In this document: in pieces, positions 25,701-39,800 of the stretch | Layout of the letters: every line of letters starts with the position of its first letter | How positions within the stretch are numbered: the first letter of the stretch is position 1 | Assembly (NCBI GenBank): GCA_036172245.1 | Contig: JAYWIR010000011.1 | Coordinates: forward strand, 3,968,001-4,032,000 | DNA length: 64,000 nt | DNA from: Raillietiella orientalis | Lineage: Eukaryota | Reading direction: 5' to 3' | Made by a program: the position numbers and the translations under genes | The notes under the pieces: generated by a model | Database searches by the model: none | What the model saw: only the letters and a program-made list of their open reading frames with translations | Told to the model about the DNA's origin: nothing

Positions 25701-28700
25701 AATTTTCAAAGCCCACTCAATTTAAGTGTTAAGTACCCAATCTGTATTTGCTGTTTGCTTGCTCACTGTAATATTTGCAATGTGGCAGTAAACTGCTGTA
25801 TGTAAACAATAGTATGTAACCATTTGGACACACAGAACATTTGCATCATTTTAAATGTATGTTATGAATTCGGATGCATATTTTTCCGATCTTAATTCAA
25901 CAATGATGTCGCCTAATTTTTTCAACATAAAAACAAGCTTATATTTCTGTGATTATGTTTGTTATAAAATGAAGTGGAAATCAAAATTTCAATTCAATGG
26001 CTAAACTTTAAATTATAAAAATCAGTGATTGTTTATGATTTTTTGGTTTCCTTTTTCTTAGACAGATGAATACAAAGATTTGAATGAATCTGATTTCGAG
26101 AGTGCTGAAGAAGAAAGAGAATCATCAGAAGAAAATACTGCAGTAGTATTAGAAGAATTGGGAAATTATGAAGAAGAAAAACAGGAAGTTAATAAAGATG
26201 TAAGTTTTTGTTTCCCTTTGAAGTCTCCATTGATCACTATTTTAACTAATTATACATGTGTGAATATAATAGATATTCAATTTGATGATCTCACAGATCT
26301 CAGACTTTACTATTATGTGTACATTTAATGGTATATGGAAATGGTACATGTGATGACATAATTATATAATTGTGAAATTTTACATTGTAGATGGTGATAA
26401 AAGATATTGAACCATATTGATCTTATAAATGAGTATAAAATATAATTCATGCATTTTATGCTCATGTATGTAATGTTGATGTAATATATTTTATTAACAT
26501 GATAATTTTTTCATTGATACATAATCTTTAAGGCCTGCATGTAATGTGTTGTTTAAACTACTATACTGATATGCGTTGTTCTGATTTTATCGTATATTCT
26601 TACTGCAACCATCCATATTACGGTAAGTATTTGATTTTCTAGTAAAAATTGATACCAGCAGACCATATTGGTAATATGCTTATAAACACACCACCAGTAC
26701 TGATGGTTCTTTTATGTTGGCTTGTAATTACTGCTAATAAATCCGTTTTTGTGATACGTATTTAAGTATATCATATTTCAGGATGTCTCTCCAAATCAAG
26801 AAAAATGCTTAGATGATGATGAAGATCGAAGAAATCCACAGTATATTCCAAAGAAGGGTATATTTTATGAACATGATGATCGTACTTCCACAGATATTAA
26901 GTAAAAGTGCATTATTTACAACAGTTAATAAAATGAACATTTTTTCTTAGAGATGATCTACCAGAAAAAAAAGAAGAGAAAAAGAAAAAAGTATGGAAGG
27001 AGCAAGATAGATGGACACATGACAAGTTTATTGAAAAAGAGCAAACGCCAAAATCTCGAGAAGAACTTGTAGACATATATGGATATGATATTAGAAATGA
27101 AGATGTCCCACCACGAGCTCGCAGAAGGAGAAAATATGGGTACAAAGTTATAGTGTTTTTGAAGGGAAAACGTTCAGTGTTTTATTTTTTATTTGTTTCG
27201 ATTAAAGCATGATTGCAAGATTTTCAAATTTTTTAAATAATTTGAAGGAACTGTAAATGCTGTCTATGAATGATGTGAATTTATTAAGAGCAAATTAACT
27301 AATTAGCGCGTATTTCTCAAGTACAAATGTTGAGTAGGTTTTTTCCTTGTTAAAGGCGAAATTAATTGAAATTGCACAAGGTTTTCTAGTCATGTGCCCA
27401 AGTATTTCATTTCATGAAACAGGCATTATCTGCACCTTCAAGTTGACCTATTAAATGAAGAAATACTTCTAAAGATTCTAAATGATGAATTTTGAGTTTG
27501 ATTATGTAAAGGTGTATGCAATATTGAATTCCATTAATCTTAAACAACGTGTGTTTTATAAGTGTTCACAGCAGAAGATTTGTGTTTGCAGTAAGATCGA
27601 CAGTCTTTTATCTGAAATTCTCTTCTTTGAAACCATTTCCAAACCGTTTTATTTTTTTTCTTATGGAAGGAAACATTATTGTGAGTTGCTCTGTTGCAAG
27701 TTTAATTAAATCAAATTGCGAACGAAGCCAGCCCGATTCTCAAAAAAATAGTTAATGTGTACCAATGTTATGCATCATCAGTTTAATTTCTGTATTAGTC
27801 GTTAAAAAAAATTCGAGTTGGAAATACTTATCAATCCGAGTTTATTCTCATATGTTTACCTCCATCATAACAAGAAATTCCTGCAATTTTTGTCCAATTT
27901 CCCAAGTTTTTTTCAGCATCTCGTTGTATTTTCATTATAGAACTGATGAGGTCATGTGAACCAAACTCATACAGAAGTACGGTGTAATAATTTAAAGCAT
28001 ACAAATTCCAAATGTTCCATCTTTAATATTTCAGTGGTTTTTACATTTGTTGGACTCATGATAAAAAATGTTTGTTCAAAGAACACACATTTTTTAGTAG
28101 TTTTATAATGTTTTTTTTTCTCATTGCATAATCCAAATGAAAGGTTCCACTCATATAATAATTGAAAGATTTAAAAATTGGTTTCCAGTCGCCAGAAAGA
28201 TTCACAAGTAACTGGTAACAGTACAAATGCAGTTTTTGCTTTCTTATTAATTTTATTACAACATTATGGAATAAGATCAATGGATGGAAGGGTATTTAAC
28301 GTTTTAATTATTAAGAATCATCTTGAAAGTGTAGATTTTGAAAATGAAATTTCCCATATGATCAGGAATTGTGAGGGTTTCATCATTGTTCTGCATTGTT
28401 TTTTTAGACGCATACCAAATAAATATAGCAGAAACTGGGAAGATGAAGTAGCATATCATAAACATCGATTTCGAGAAAATGAGAAAATAGAAAATCAGCT
28501 GAAACTGAAGCAGGGAAGACTAGAGCAGATACATAGACCAGATAAAATTCGTAGTACAGTTAACAAGCAAACTACCTCAAGTGTGATAATGAATACAAAG
28601 CTTAAATCAGGATTGCATCATGTACGAAAAAACGCTTATCATGTCCAAACAAATGATGCATCCTCCAATAATGCATCTTCACAAAACAATCTTCAAAATT

Positions 28701-30529
28701 CGAAATTTTGTAAATTTGATCATCTCGCAGATCATGTTGAACAGGAAACACAAACTGAACCTTTGTTTGCAAAACCTAAAAATCGTAGTTTTGGTAGGCA
28801 GTCATTTCCTGTATCAAGTCATGGACAGCTAAAGGATTCTCATAAAACAGATAAAGATATCAGAAAACCCAAAAATGGGATGGTTGCATCTCATAAAAAA
28901 ATAATTTCAAGTAAGTTGAAAAATTCTTTTTATTTTTTAAAGTTATTTTCGAAATTTACAGGATCAACAGAAAGGCGTCAGTTAGCTATCCCACCTCGTT
29001 TACAAGATAGTGTCAATCGTCCTAAAAGATATTCATCACTTCGACAGAGAGCAGTTACTGAATCTGTTTCAACATTCCCATCTTATTATGATTGTGGTAA
29101 GGCTACCTCTTCATGCATGCTGCTTTAAAATATCAAATCACATCTAAAAAGTCAACTGGATTTTTTGTTTGATAAAAGCACGACAGAATTATGCTTTATC
29201 CAGATTCCATAAATAAAAATCAATGAGTTATATTAGTTACTATCTCATTTTGGGATTAAGCGATATATTTTCAAAAAAATTACAAAGATCTCTGTAGCAT
29301 AACATATAGAATTGCGTTTTCCATAAGTTTCCTGATAGTTCAAGTGAATAATGTGAACTTATAATTAATGCAAACAGTACAGTATGCAGTATAGTATTAT
29401 AAACTTTGAACTTCTGTATATTACCTTTGTAAATTTGATTATCTCTAGTAATTTGTGAAAATTGTTTGTATTTTACTTAAAACAATTTTTCCATGTAACA
29501 ATTTTTACTTTCAGATCCAAATGCAGGAATTGGGAAAAGTACTGCCTCCCATATTGCTTTACCTGTTGCTGGTTCTATTTCTCCTACTTCAACTTACTCT
29601 GAAGGTTTTGTGTCCCACAATATACCTAACATACCAACTTCTCAGTCTTCTCATATTTTCCCCTCAGTCCCTAATCAATCATCACAACCTATAATGTCAT
29701 CATCCTTTATTGCTGCCAATCGACCCATTTTAAATTACTCACCTAATCCAATTCCGTATCACCAATATGGTTTTAAAGGATATCCTTCTCCTGTACCAAT
29801 GGTAAGTAGTTTATAAAAGCTTTTTAAAAATACAATTTACTACTACAGCCTCATCAACCACAAGAAATATTTAGTAATGGAGTAGCTTATTATGGGCCAC
29901 AGCATCAACTTATAAATCGTATACCTACCAAAAGACCAACAGCTGCTATACCTATTTTGCAACCTCCTGAAAGTCAAGCGTATGAGATGCTGCCCGAAGA
30001 AACATTTTTGCAAAATCAAATCATCATAGATAATAACTCTATAAATGATCCTCTGATGGAGAATGCTCCATCATTCAGTTTGCCATATACCATAACTACA
30101 AGTAACACTTCCATTATAGATTTCAGGGAAAATCCTCTTGTTGAACAGACAGCTGAAGCAAGTGATGATTTGATAGTTGCTGAGGATGCTTCTGTTCATG
30201 TGATGGCTGATTGCCTTTCGGAATTACATTTTTGTGAGGATCCTGTAGTAATGGAAGAAAATATAGAAATTGCCCAGCTGAACAGACATTCAAATCTAGA
30301 AGATACTAAAATAAATGTTGCAAGTGCAGAACCAGAGCTTCCACCTAAAGTTGAAGAAAAGGACACACCAGTTGAACTGCATGAAGTGCAGTTGTCTCAG
30401 GTGGTAACAAATGATCAAGTGATAATGGCAAATGATGAAGAGCATCATAATAAGGTTAATACAGGAGAAGAAACACCAGTGTTAGTTAGACAGTTGCATG
30501 AAACTAGTGAGACAAATGTCGTAGTATGA
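22708..30529 (+). CDS. CASC3: CASC3 / Barentsz / MLN51 exon junction complex component
   Basis: Exons 22708-22791, 26062-26199, 26782-26900, 26951-27139, 28408-28910, 28962-29096, 29515-29801, 29849-30529, all GT-AG and in phase. Btz/SELOR domain LDDDEDRRNPQYIPKKGIFYEHDDR...WKEQDRWTHDKFIEKEQTPKSREELVDIYGYDIRNE, plus RPKRYSSLRQR and KRPTAAIPILQPPE. Confidence 0.93.
24100..24650 (+). mobile_element. Possible ancient hAT transposase remnant in CASC3 intron 1
   Basis: Broken fragments MTASHL, LKKEYGIN and LVT/DGGTNLV resemble the hAT catalytic region (VTAHF..L.E.GI..VTDNG.NMV). Very degraded. Confidence 0.25.
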
Positions 30530-33500
30530 AAATCAAGTATATATGGTACTTAAAAACCTATTAATTTATTTAGTAATGGAAATGCTATAAAACTCAAATC
30601 CATCCATATTAATGCATTATTCCTATCAGTGCTTATTCTACTTGTTTGTGCTTATCATTTCTGCCTTGTGTTGAATACATCAATCATATCATTTGTAGCA
30701 TGGATGCAAACTTTTTTTCCAACACTTGTTAGCTGCACCTAAGATTTGAGTAAGTATTAAGTACAAATCAAGTTTCTCCCTTCCAAAAAAACTTATAAAC
30801 AAAAATTCAAATGTAACTTTTCGAGCCACAAGTTGGAAAAATTTACTAACTTTGGAATGGAACTATGCCTCTAACACATCAGGTAAATAAAAAGTATTTC
30901 TTAAAGATCAAGGATTTAAGATTTTCAAGATGGAACAATTGCCATGAAAAGTTCACCTAACCTTTATAATTGTAGCATCTTGATGGAGGTATTCAAGTAT
31001 CCTTCAATTCAAGTACTGTTACCTGCTTGACTATTTAGCTATCTTTATCAACATTGCACTCATGATTTGCAATCAATTACGCTATTTCTTGATGTGAAAA
31101 AATCATTGATCTGTCAAGTAATTTTATTTCTGTTTGTGTACGTTTACATGACTGTAAATCAGTTGCAAGATCCTTTATGCAAATCTATCTTTAATCACTC
31201 ATATCACAGAGATGCTACTAATTGATTCGAAATTCTAAGCATTTCATTGTGAGGAAACTTGAAATTTCTGAAACTTCAAAGCAGTTTTTATGAATCAGAA
31301 GTTGGAATTGAAAATTTACAATGAAAAGAATTTTGAAATTCTTTCCATTGTAAACATATACGAGAGAAAGTGTCTAACAAATTTCGAACCTAATCTTCAA
31401 ACTTATTCACACATTTTCTCCAATCGTCTTTAAAGTTATCGAAAATTATTGCTTCTAATTATCACTATATTATCACTTCAGCAGGATCATGAAACACACA
31501 TGAACCAATTGAACGTGAAAACTTTCGTTTAATAACTTTTTAAGGTGCACAAAATTTTCGAGATGTGCCCTCAGGGTTTGCTGTGTTTAATGTATGACTG
31601 CATCGATCGCTTTTTCATGTTCATATACATTCAATACTTGAAAATGTTAAATGATTTCTGGCATCACTTGTGCATGAACCTCTCCTTAATAATACCCCTT
31701 TCGGGATTACTAGTAAAGCATTAAACTTAAGTGCTACTCAGTTCCGAAGCACGAAATAACTTGAAAAAACAAAAGAAAACATGTCTCAAGCAAAACATAG
31801 AATTCCTAACACATCGACAATAAAGAGATTTAGAAATGCGTGAAAAGATTCACGACTAGCATATCTGTACACAAACATATGGATACAATTTCAAGTCCAT
31901 TCATATATATAATATTATGGCGTGAATAAACTTGAAATTTCAATTTGATCGAGGATTTTTTGTTCTCAAATTGCCACATAAGTAATTGGAACGTACGTAA
32001 AAAGTGAAACAAGTTAAACCGAATTAAAAGGATTTTTTTTTTTCTTTGATAAGCAAAATCTTACATCACAGACAACTGCGTGTCCACTTTTCTACGTCGT
32101 TGTGCCACAATCTCGAGTTTTCTGACTAAAAACTACTTTAATAACATTCGTCAGTTTAGCATCAAATCAGCAACCGTTACTTGGTCCTGAAATCCCGTGA
32201 TCTTTAATTTCACTGCATTACATGTTGGAAATCAGTGATTTCTTTATTTTTTTCCAATGCAATCTGCATCTCTAAAGTTGTCCTTAAGCACCGAATGCTA
32301 AAGTTTAAGAAACCCCAAAATCGAAGTCTAGTAAGTTGAATTTTGAAATGCACATTTTCGTTAGAAGTTCTGATTTGATTTCCAAGCTTGATTTGATTGC
32401 CTATCAGCTAATAAAGGAGTAAGCACATTTGTAATTTACAAAAGTTCATTGTAAATTGTTTTTAGTAAGTGACTAATCTGCATCTTTGAATACTCGTGGC
32501 TATGTCGGTGATAATGGCCATTGCAAAAACTATCTAAAGTATTTCCTCTAATGGAAATAAATCACTTTCCAGTATTTTATTTAAAAAAACTATAACTTGG
32601 CTGAAGTATACAGACAAGCTAATTTAAAAACTAGTCAGCTGCAACTTTAGTTGTTAGTTGCTGTAATCAGTTTACAAACAGAAAACTTATGGTTGATATC
32701 ATACGTTTTCCAAAGGTGTTTCTGTTTCTTCAAGAGAAGTGTTGTTGTTATACGTACTTTTGTTATGGATTCGTTACGTTTGTAATGCTCTGTAACATTC
32801 TCATTATTTTCAAAATCAAAATAGAACTTTTTTCTAGGAATCGATGCTTTTCCACTTTTATTCTCTCCCTTGTTCTCTAAGTGCATAAATTCTAGAACTA
32901 AAATTCTTCGAGATTTTTCATTATGAAAATAAAGTGGGAATTTGAAATAGTGAGTTTTGAGATTCTCACAATCAGGGAATCCTTTCGAGCATGCAAGAAC
33001 GGCACCAGAAGTTTTTTGAGCATAGATAGCGATAAGGAAGTAAATTCAAGATTGTGGTATCGCAGTCGTAAATAAAAGTCAGTTAGCATTGCCAAGAAAA
33101 CAGACATCCATAGATCTACAGACAATTTATGCATACGTATGTGGTTACGCGCAAGATGCCAATTATGTACGCCAAAATTTGTGTGCACTTAGTTTGCAAA
33201 GTACCAAACAGTTTTCTGGTCTTCGTATATATTACATTTTAATAAAAGTTTCTCCTCCCTCTATATATTGTAGAATTCTATATATTACGGTCTCGTTTGC
33301 GATCTTGCTTCGCAGTCGGCGATGAATAATTTCATTAATTTCTTGGTATAAGTATGCAAGATTTATTCTGTTTATGTTTTAAATGGAAATCGATTTTTTA
33401 TTTTTTAGTTTGAGTAGAATTCAAAATATTCCACACCATATAAGTAACAAAAGTGTAACCTAAGTTTTTTCCATTTTCTAGAGAATTTCGGAATGAATCG

Positions 33501-33849
33501 TAAACTGCATTGGATTCTGGTACTTTTGAGTGCACTATGTCGAAGACAATAGCAAAAGTATGTTTTATGATAAACACCAACTTTGTAGATCCTTTGTACA
33601 TGTGGTTTTGTTATGAGAGATCATATTATTAGGCATTTAAAGACAGTTAGCCAATAGGGAAATGAGAATTAACAGTTTTCTCATGTTGGAGCTGTTTCAA
33701 CTATATCAGAAATGAAGTTTGTTGAAGTGTAGAACATAAACAAGAAAAATCTGTGGCTCTTTTCACAGATTTTCTCTAGTGAATAAATTAGTTGCCAATG
33801 TTATTCAATAGTGATTATTATAAGTTTTGTGTTTTTAAAGAATTATGAC

Positions 33850-36800
33850 ATGGAAGAAAAAGAGTTACATGAACATACCCATAATGTTGACTTGACTAAA
33901 TTACCAGAATCGGTTAGAGAGAAGTTAGCCGAATTGGACTTGGAATTATCAGAAGGTAAAAGATAAAAGGCTTTTATAAATTTTGTTTCTTAAAGTTGTC
34001 ATCCGTATAAGTTGTTTTCAAGGAACAAACTTCTCTTCAATTTACTCAAGTTTTAAAAAGTGTACCATGTAAATATTTCCTGCCTTCAATGAAATTTGGT
34101 AAACATTTCAAGGAAGTAGGTTCTCAGTGGACCAAAGTGCGTTTGAGTTTTGTCTCCATGATGCGGAAATGATTTAGTTCACGTAAACTTAGTGTGCTGA
34201 TCTCCAAATATCAAATGACATTGACAGCTGTTGAAAAGTTTAGGCGATATTGTGTAACTATAAGTATAATAATAAAAAAATTTTTGTACATTAAGAGAAA
34301 CTTAAGGATTTGCTTTACTGAATACTCTAGATCACATTTATTCTTAAAGCATGTTGTAGTTAAATTACTATTTTTTTTTGATTATGCATCAGAAGTATCA
34401 GGATCTTTGGAATTACAAGTTTCAAAACTTTACCGAACACAAACTTTCCTCGAAGTCAACTCTAGTAAAAGTTGAATTCCAAGTATTTATGTCAACAAAA
34501 GCACACAAAAGATGACATTATTTCAATCCAAAGTGTTTTGTTTTGTGGACAATAAAGCCATTTCTGGGAAGAAAAGGATAGTGAGGTTGACTGATAGCGA
34601 CTATACAGCTGATAACTTGGCATGCTATCTTCATTAACAAATGTGCAACCTTTCTGAGATATGTGGAAAATATCTTCCATAGCTTTTCGTTTGTAAATCG
34701 AAAATCTTGGTATTTTACTGCTGTTGTTTGTTATGTGTTCTGTTATTCTTTGGTTGGATGCAAACTCAGTCATTAGTTAATATAAAGAAGTAGGATAGGT
34801 CTTAAAGAACGTCTTTCGAAGTTACTATCGCTAGTATTAAAAAAGAATCAAAGTGAACTTTTGTTTGTAACAGTCCTAGAGTCCCCTTTTTTTAATAAGC
34901 AGAAGTGCATTTAAATATGAGTGATGAATTCTTGAATGGCATTTACATGATGAATTTTTGTGTGCACCGTCTTCTATGCAATGGAAATGGAGAATCTTAT
35001 GCTTTCATTTTTCTCCAATTTGCATGTGAAGCCTAATTGTTTCACAGTCCTGAGTTTTACAAAAGTAATCATGATATTAATGTGGATAAAATTAGGGAGT
35101 CAGATTATTTGGTCAAATTTGTTCATAAGCAATTAAGTTGAAATTCATGATGCATTCAAATTGACTTCGCTAGATATAGTAGGTTAATATATCCATTTAT
35201 GAGATAATGATCTTAGTGGTAGCCTTCTAGAAATATTAATATTTCGCATTAGCAGAAATTAGCAAAAATAAGTATGTAATCTCAAGCGGTATGATACAAG
35301 TTGCAGCAAAATGTATTTTTGAAATTTTTTCAAGTATATGAAGGTAAATTTAAAAAAACTTATTGAAAAGAGGATATAAAAGAAATTTTTATTTCTGGTA
35401 TCAGTGAGATTTGGAAATGAATTCTTTGGTTACAAAGAACATCAAAAAAAAAAAAATCTTTAAATTTATGTGAGAAAAATAAGCAGTTCTGTAATTCCTT
35501 GAGTGCCTTTTTTTAATAAGAAAACAGAAAACAGTTAATGAGCTATGTCACAAATAAGCATTATAATATTTGTATGTTCTCGAAATTTTTTGTCTTAAAA
35601 GGAAATTTATTTTCATCATTTAATGAATTTTGAGAACTGTTTTAGCTATTTATAATGAATGCTTTTCCATTAATTCTGATAATTTTTATGTTTATTTCAA
35701 GGTGATATTACACAAAAAGGATATGAAAAGAAAAAAGCCAAAATCCTTGCACCTTACATAACAGGTAAATAAAATTAAAAGTAATTTTATGTTGTTAAAT
35801 AGGTGACTTCGAGTATTAGAGAAATTTTCAAGAAACATGGTAAAGGTTATGCGATGTTAAGAATCAGAAAAATGTAAAGTACATGCATATTTACTAAATT
35901 CAAGCAATTTACTGTTTTTAAAAGATTCGTTGATGGACTATTAAATTTACTAAAATGGAAGTTGGCTCAAAAAACGAAAAATTGAAAAAAGCAGGACGGT
36001 GATAATATATCAGTGGAATAAATTAAGAAATTTCATAATATAAACATTTTCATTATTGTATACACAACAAATTACCGTTAATACACCAACTTACAAATTG
36101 CAGATCTTGCATTCAACTTTATGTTTATGATACTTCTGTAGCAGTCACTTTTTCATGAATATTTTGCTAGTTACTCTTAAATTTTTTTTTTGGTTTTTTC
36201 GGTGATACAGGCATCAATAATAAATTCTGAGTATTAATACAATGCAAATTTTTATTAGAATGTAAAGAGGCTGATTACATAACTAATTGAAGAATCAAGT
36301 GAGTAATAATGATTAATAAGGACCAGTATTATAATTATTAATCAAACTGTACCTAATTATTAATAACCACAAAGGAAACAATTGCAGTATCTGTGGGAAA
36401 ACATTTGAAAATCTCAAGTCTCTTTGTAATTTATCCAAATATGTTATATGATGTTTTCAAGCAGATTGATGTGAAGCAATTATTGTAAAATATAAATATG
36501 ATAAGAAGCATGAAAGTAAGATTTTCATTTTTTGTTGTGTTTACTGTAGCTTCGTACTTTATTTGTATAGCTTTTATGCTGGGTCTTTAGATGGTTGATA
36601 TGCATTTTATGCTTTGAATCACATTCAGAAACTGTACAAGTTTAGTTGTTTTTGATTTTAATTGAGGCCAGTGGACTGAAGCAGTATCAACAGTGTTATC
36701 ATATACTTTTTCTTTCCTTTTTTTTTGTATAAAGTTGTGTATGTCAAAAGTACAGTATTTGTGATAACATACTTAAATGTATGGCATAACTGTATATTTT

Positions 36801-39800
36801 GCTGTATATGTACTCATAGGAATCTGAATAATCCAGAAGTTCTTTTTTTATCATTTCGCATGACTGTGTTCCTTCAACTCTCATTCCATAGGACATAACA
36901 ACTGTTTCTCTTAAATAAAAAAAGAATAAGGAATTCTCCAAATTGTATGTGTGCATCTTTTTTAGATGTTTATAAGCTTTTCTTCACTTCACTTCATGGC
37001 TATTTAGTCCATATATGGTAATTTATTTTATTGCTTTCTTGAAGTTTCATGACACAGTCTAACATAAAGCTAATGACAATAAGTACTAATGGTGATCAAG
37101 CACTTTGTTCAGCCTTTCATGTATCTCATGTCAAGCATGTTATATTTTACTTTATTGTTGTTGGTTTTTTTTATTACACAAAAAGTGACACATGTATGTA
37201 GTATGTGTCATTTGGGGGGGGGGGTTGAGACCCTTTATTGACAATTTAGCAGATTTCATACAATTACTGCTTTGGTCTCCTTATAGCTTCTCGTTTTTTT
37301 TTGTGCTATTTGCAATATTTAATTGTTAATTGTGCATTAATTCTAATACACTTTTTTCTTATTTTCATGTTGATTTGATTAAAAGTATATATCGGTATTA
37401 CTTCTGATGTTAACTTGATAGTTGAATGACAGAGGAACATCGATTATGATGTTAATTTCTCAAGGAGAATGCCCTGTGTTGATTTTTCATGTAGTTCAAA
37501 TAGCCTTTTTGTATCCATGGAGTTGAAACATATATATTGGTTTTTATTTTCTGTAAAATGTCTTTAATATCCACATGAATTGTAAAAATCAGCACTTTTA
37601 AATTACTTAAAATTTGAAATATTATTTATGAATACTGATTTGGCTAAACACATTGGTGCACGAGTGAGTTTGATCTCTGCATCATATTTGTACTCAGGAT
37701 GTTCTTGATTCTGTAAGGACTTTTGAATACGAGAATACTGGGGAATGAATGGTTTCTAAGCATGTGTTTGTTCTGATGATTCATGCTCCATGAATGGAAG
37801 AAAAAAAAAAATTGGTTGAGATCGTTTTTTTTTTTTTTTTTTTTTTTTTTCTTTTGTGTTGTAGCCATCAGTTTTGGAGTGTGACTATTACACAAAACAA
37901 TGAAAGCGTAATGTTTTATTTTTTTTCCGCGGTATCTTGTTTTTTGTGCAACTTTTTCCTTAACAAAATAGTTCATTTTTATTTTTGAAATCTTTATCTT
38001 GTAGCTTCAGTTTGCAGTTGATACAAATATATCCAGTACTCTGGAATATTCATTTCAGTTGCATTTTTGATCACTACATAAAAATATTGGTTTATAAAGG
38101 ATTTGCTGATCTGAAAGGTGTATGTAAAAGGGGACTTAATTAAATCCACTGTTTCTTCTTTAAGTATAGGTTTTTAATTGCCTAAGTTTAATTTTTCTCC
38201 ACAGAATTCTACAAAAGACTGAAAAGCAGTTCAAAAAATGATATTGAATAAAATGTTGTGCCTGTATTTTTTAATTGGCTTAAACAAATGAAATTTAAAA
38301 ACAAAGCAAAAATATTTATTCTTAGTACACATGTTTATATTTTCTCGTATTTCACCTTGCTTGGCAGAAAGTCCAAGTAGTGCAAAAGTCCACAGTTCAA
38401 AATTGAAGGCCATACATTTCAACATAGGCCTTTGTTACTTAGAAAACACTATGAATTGTAATTCTTAACTTCTGTTCTTCAAATCCTTGCCAAATTTACT
38501 AATTCAGTTCATCATTTGGTTGTATTGGCTTTACAAAAAATCGAGTTTAATGGGCTTTTCATGCAAGGTTTGAAAGAAAACAAAATGACTTAAGCATCTG
38601 AAAGCATGAAAATGTGGATGCTCAAGTTAATGGAAGATAAATCTATTTATGTTTTCTTATCTCTTGCTTTATATTAAATTCATTTTGAGAATTAAGAAAT
38701 GTAGTTGTTGTGCTGGTTTTTTAAACAAGTGCACTTGCAGTATTATCATCAGCACCTGATACAACTAACTTTCATCATAAAACCAGAAATCGAACTCACA
38801 GGCATGTTACCCGAAATGAAAGCAGATATCATTCAGGTAAATCATACATTATTCTTTCATATGGCCATTATGTTTATATGATAAAGCTAAGTCCTTTCCT
38901 AATCAAATCAAGTGCTGTGCAGTTTTTCCAATGTGAAATTGGTATATTGCATAAATGCATTACATACTGAAATAAATATTTTGAAGCACAAGGTAAATTT
39001 ATTGATGTATATTCCTAAAGGAAAGGATTGACAAAAATGTTATGAAATTCAGAGTGCTTCTCAGCAATTTTTGCAATGAGTGCAGAGTTTGCAGAGAGAG
39101 AAATATGCATAAATAGGAATGCAAGTGAGATTTTTGACAGAACATGCATTTTTTCATTGCAGAATTTTTGTTAGTGAATGTTGCACTTTTTTTTTCTTTT
39201 TGCTTTAGTAGTCTCACCTTCCCAACACCCCTCTGGGTGTTGGGAAGGTGTTGTTTCTACATTGTTTTAAAAGACTTTTAGTATTTTCCCAATTGATCAA
39301 GAAAGTATCTGTGGACTATGGAGCTTTTCATGTTTAGTTTGAAGTCTCTGTTGACATCTAATAATTTTGTATTTAAATTTAGAAGTTTTAATAATCATAA
39401 GGTATTATGATTTTTAATATCAGTGAAAAGGAGTTGTGAAGAAACAGGAATTAGGATGAATGTGTGAATTACACATTACTAATTACAGTGTGCAGAAAGT
39501 GTTCTTGGAAACTTGTGTAAAAGTTAGATCACAAAAAGTTTGGTTTAAGATGGTGCATATGGGTGTGCTTTGATTTCTGGATTATGTTTTGTCACTGCAC
39601 AATTTTGATCTTTTTTAATTTGAAATATTTAAATGATCACTTCTGAACTATGCACCATTTGATAGTCGAATTTTGAAAATTCCTTGTCTTTCTATAGTTT
39701 TGAAATGCAGTTCATTTAGTTTTTTAAAAAAATTAGTTGATCTGAGAGTCATTAGTTGATTGCTTACTATGAATAGTGATTGCAATCTGTTGTAAGTTCA

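Noticed and set aside
27943..27970. CTGATGAG hammerhead-like core in a CASC3 intron
   Set aside because: Stem II is imperfect and is followed by CAAA rather than GAAA.
28178..28407. N-terminal extension of the 316-aa ORF
   Set aside because: Lies in CASC3 intron 4; the exon starts at the 28408 acceptor in phase with exon 4.
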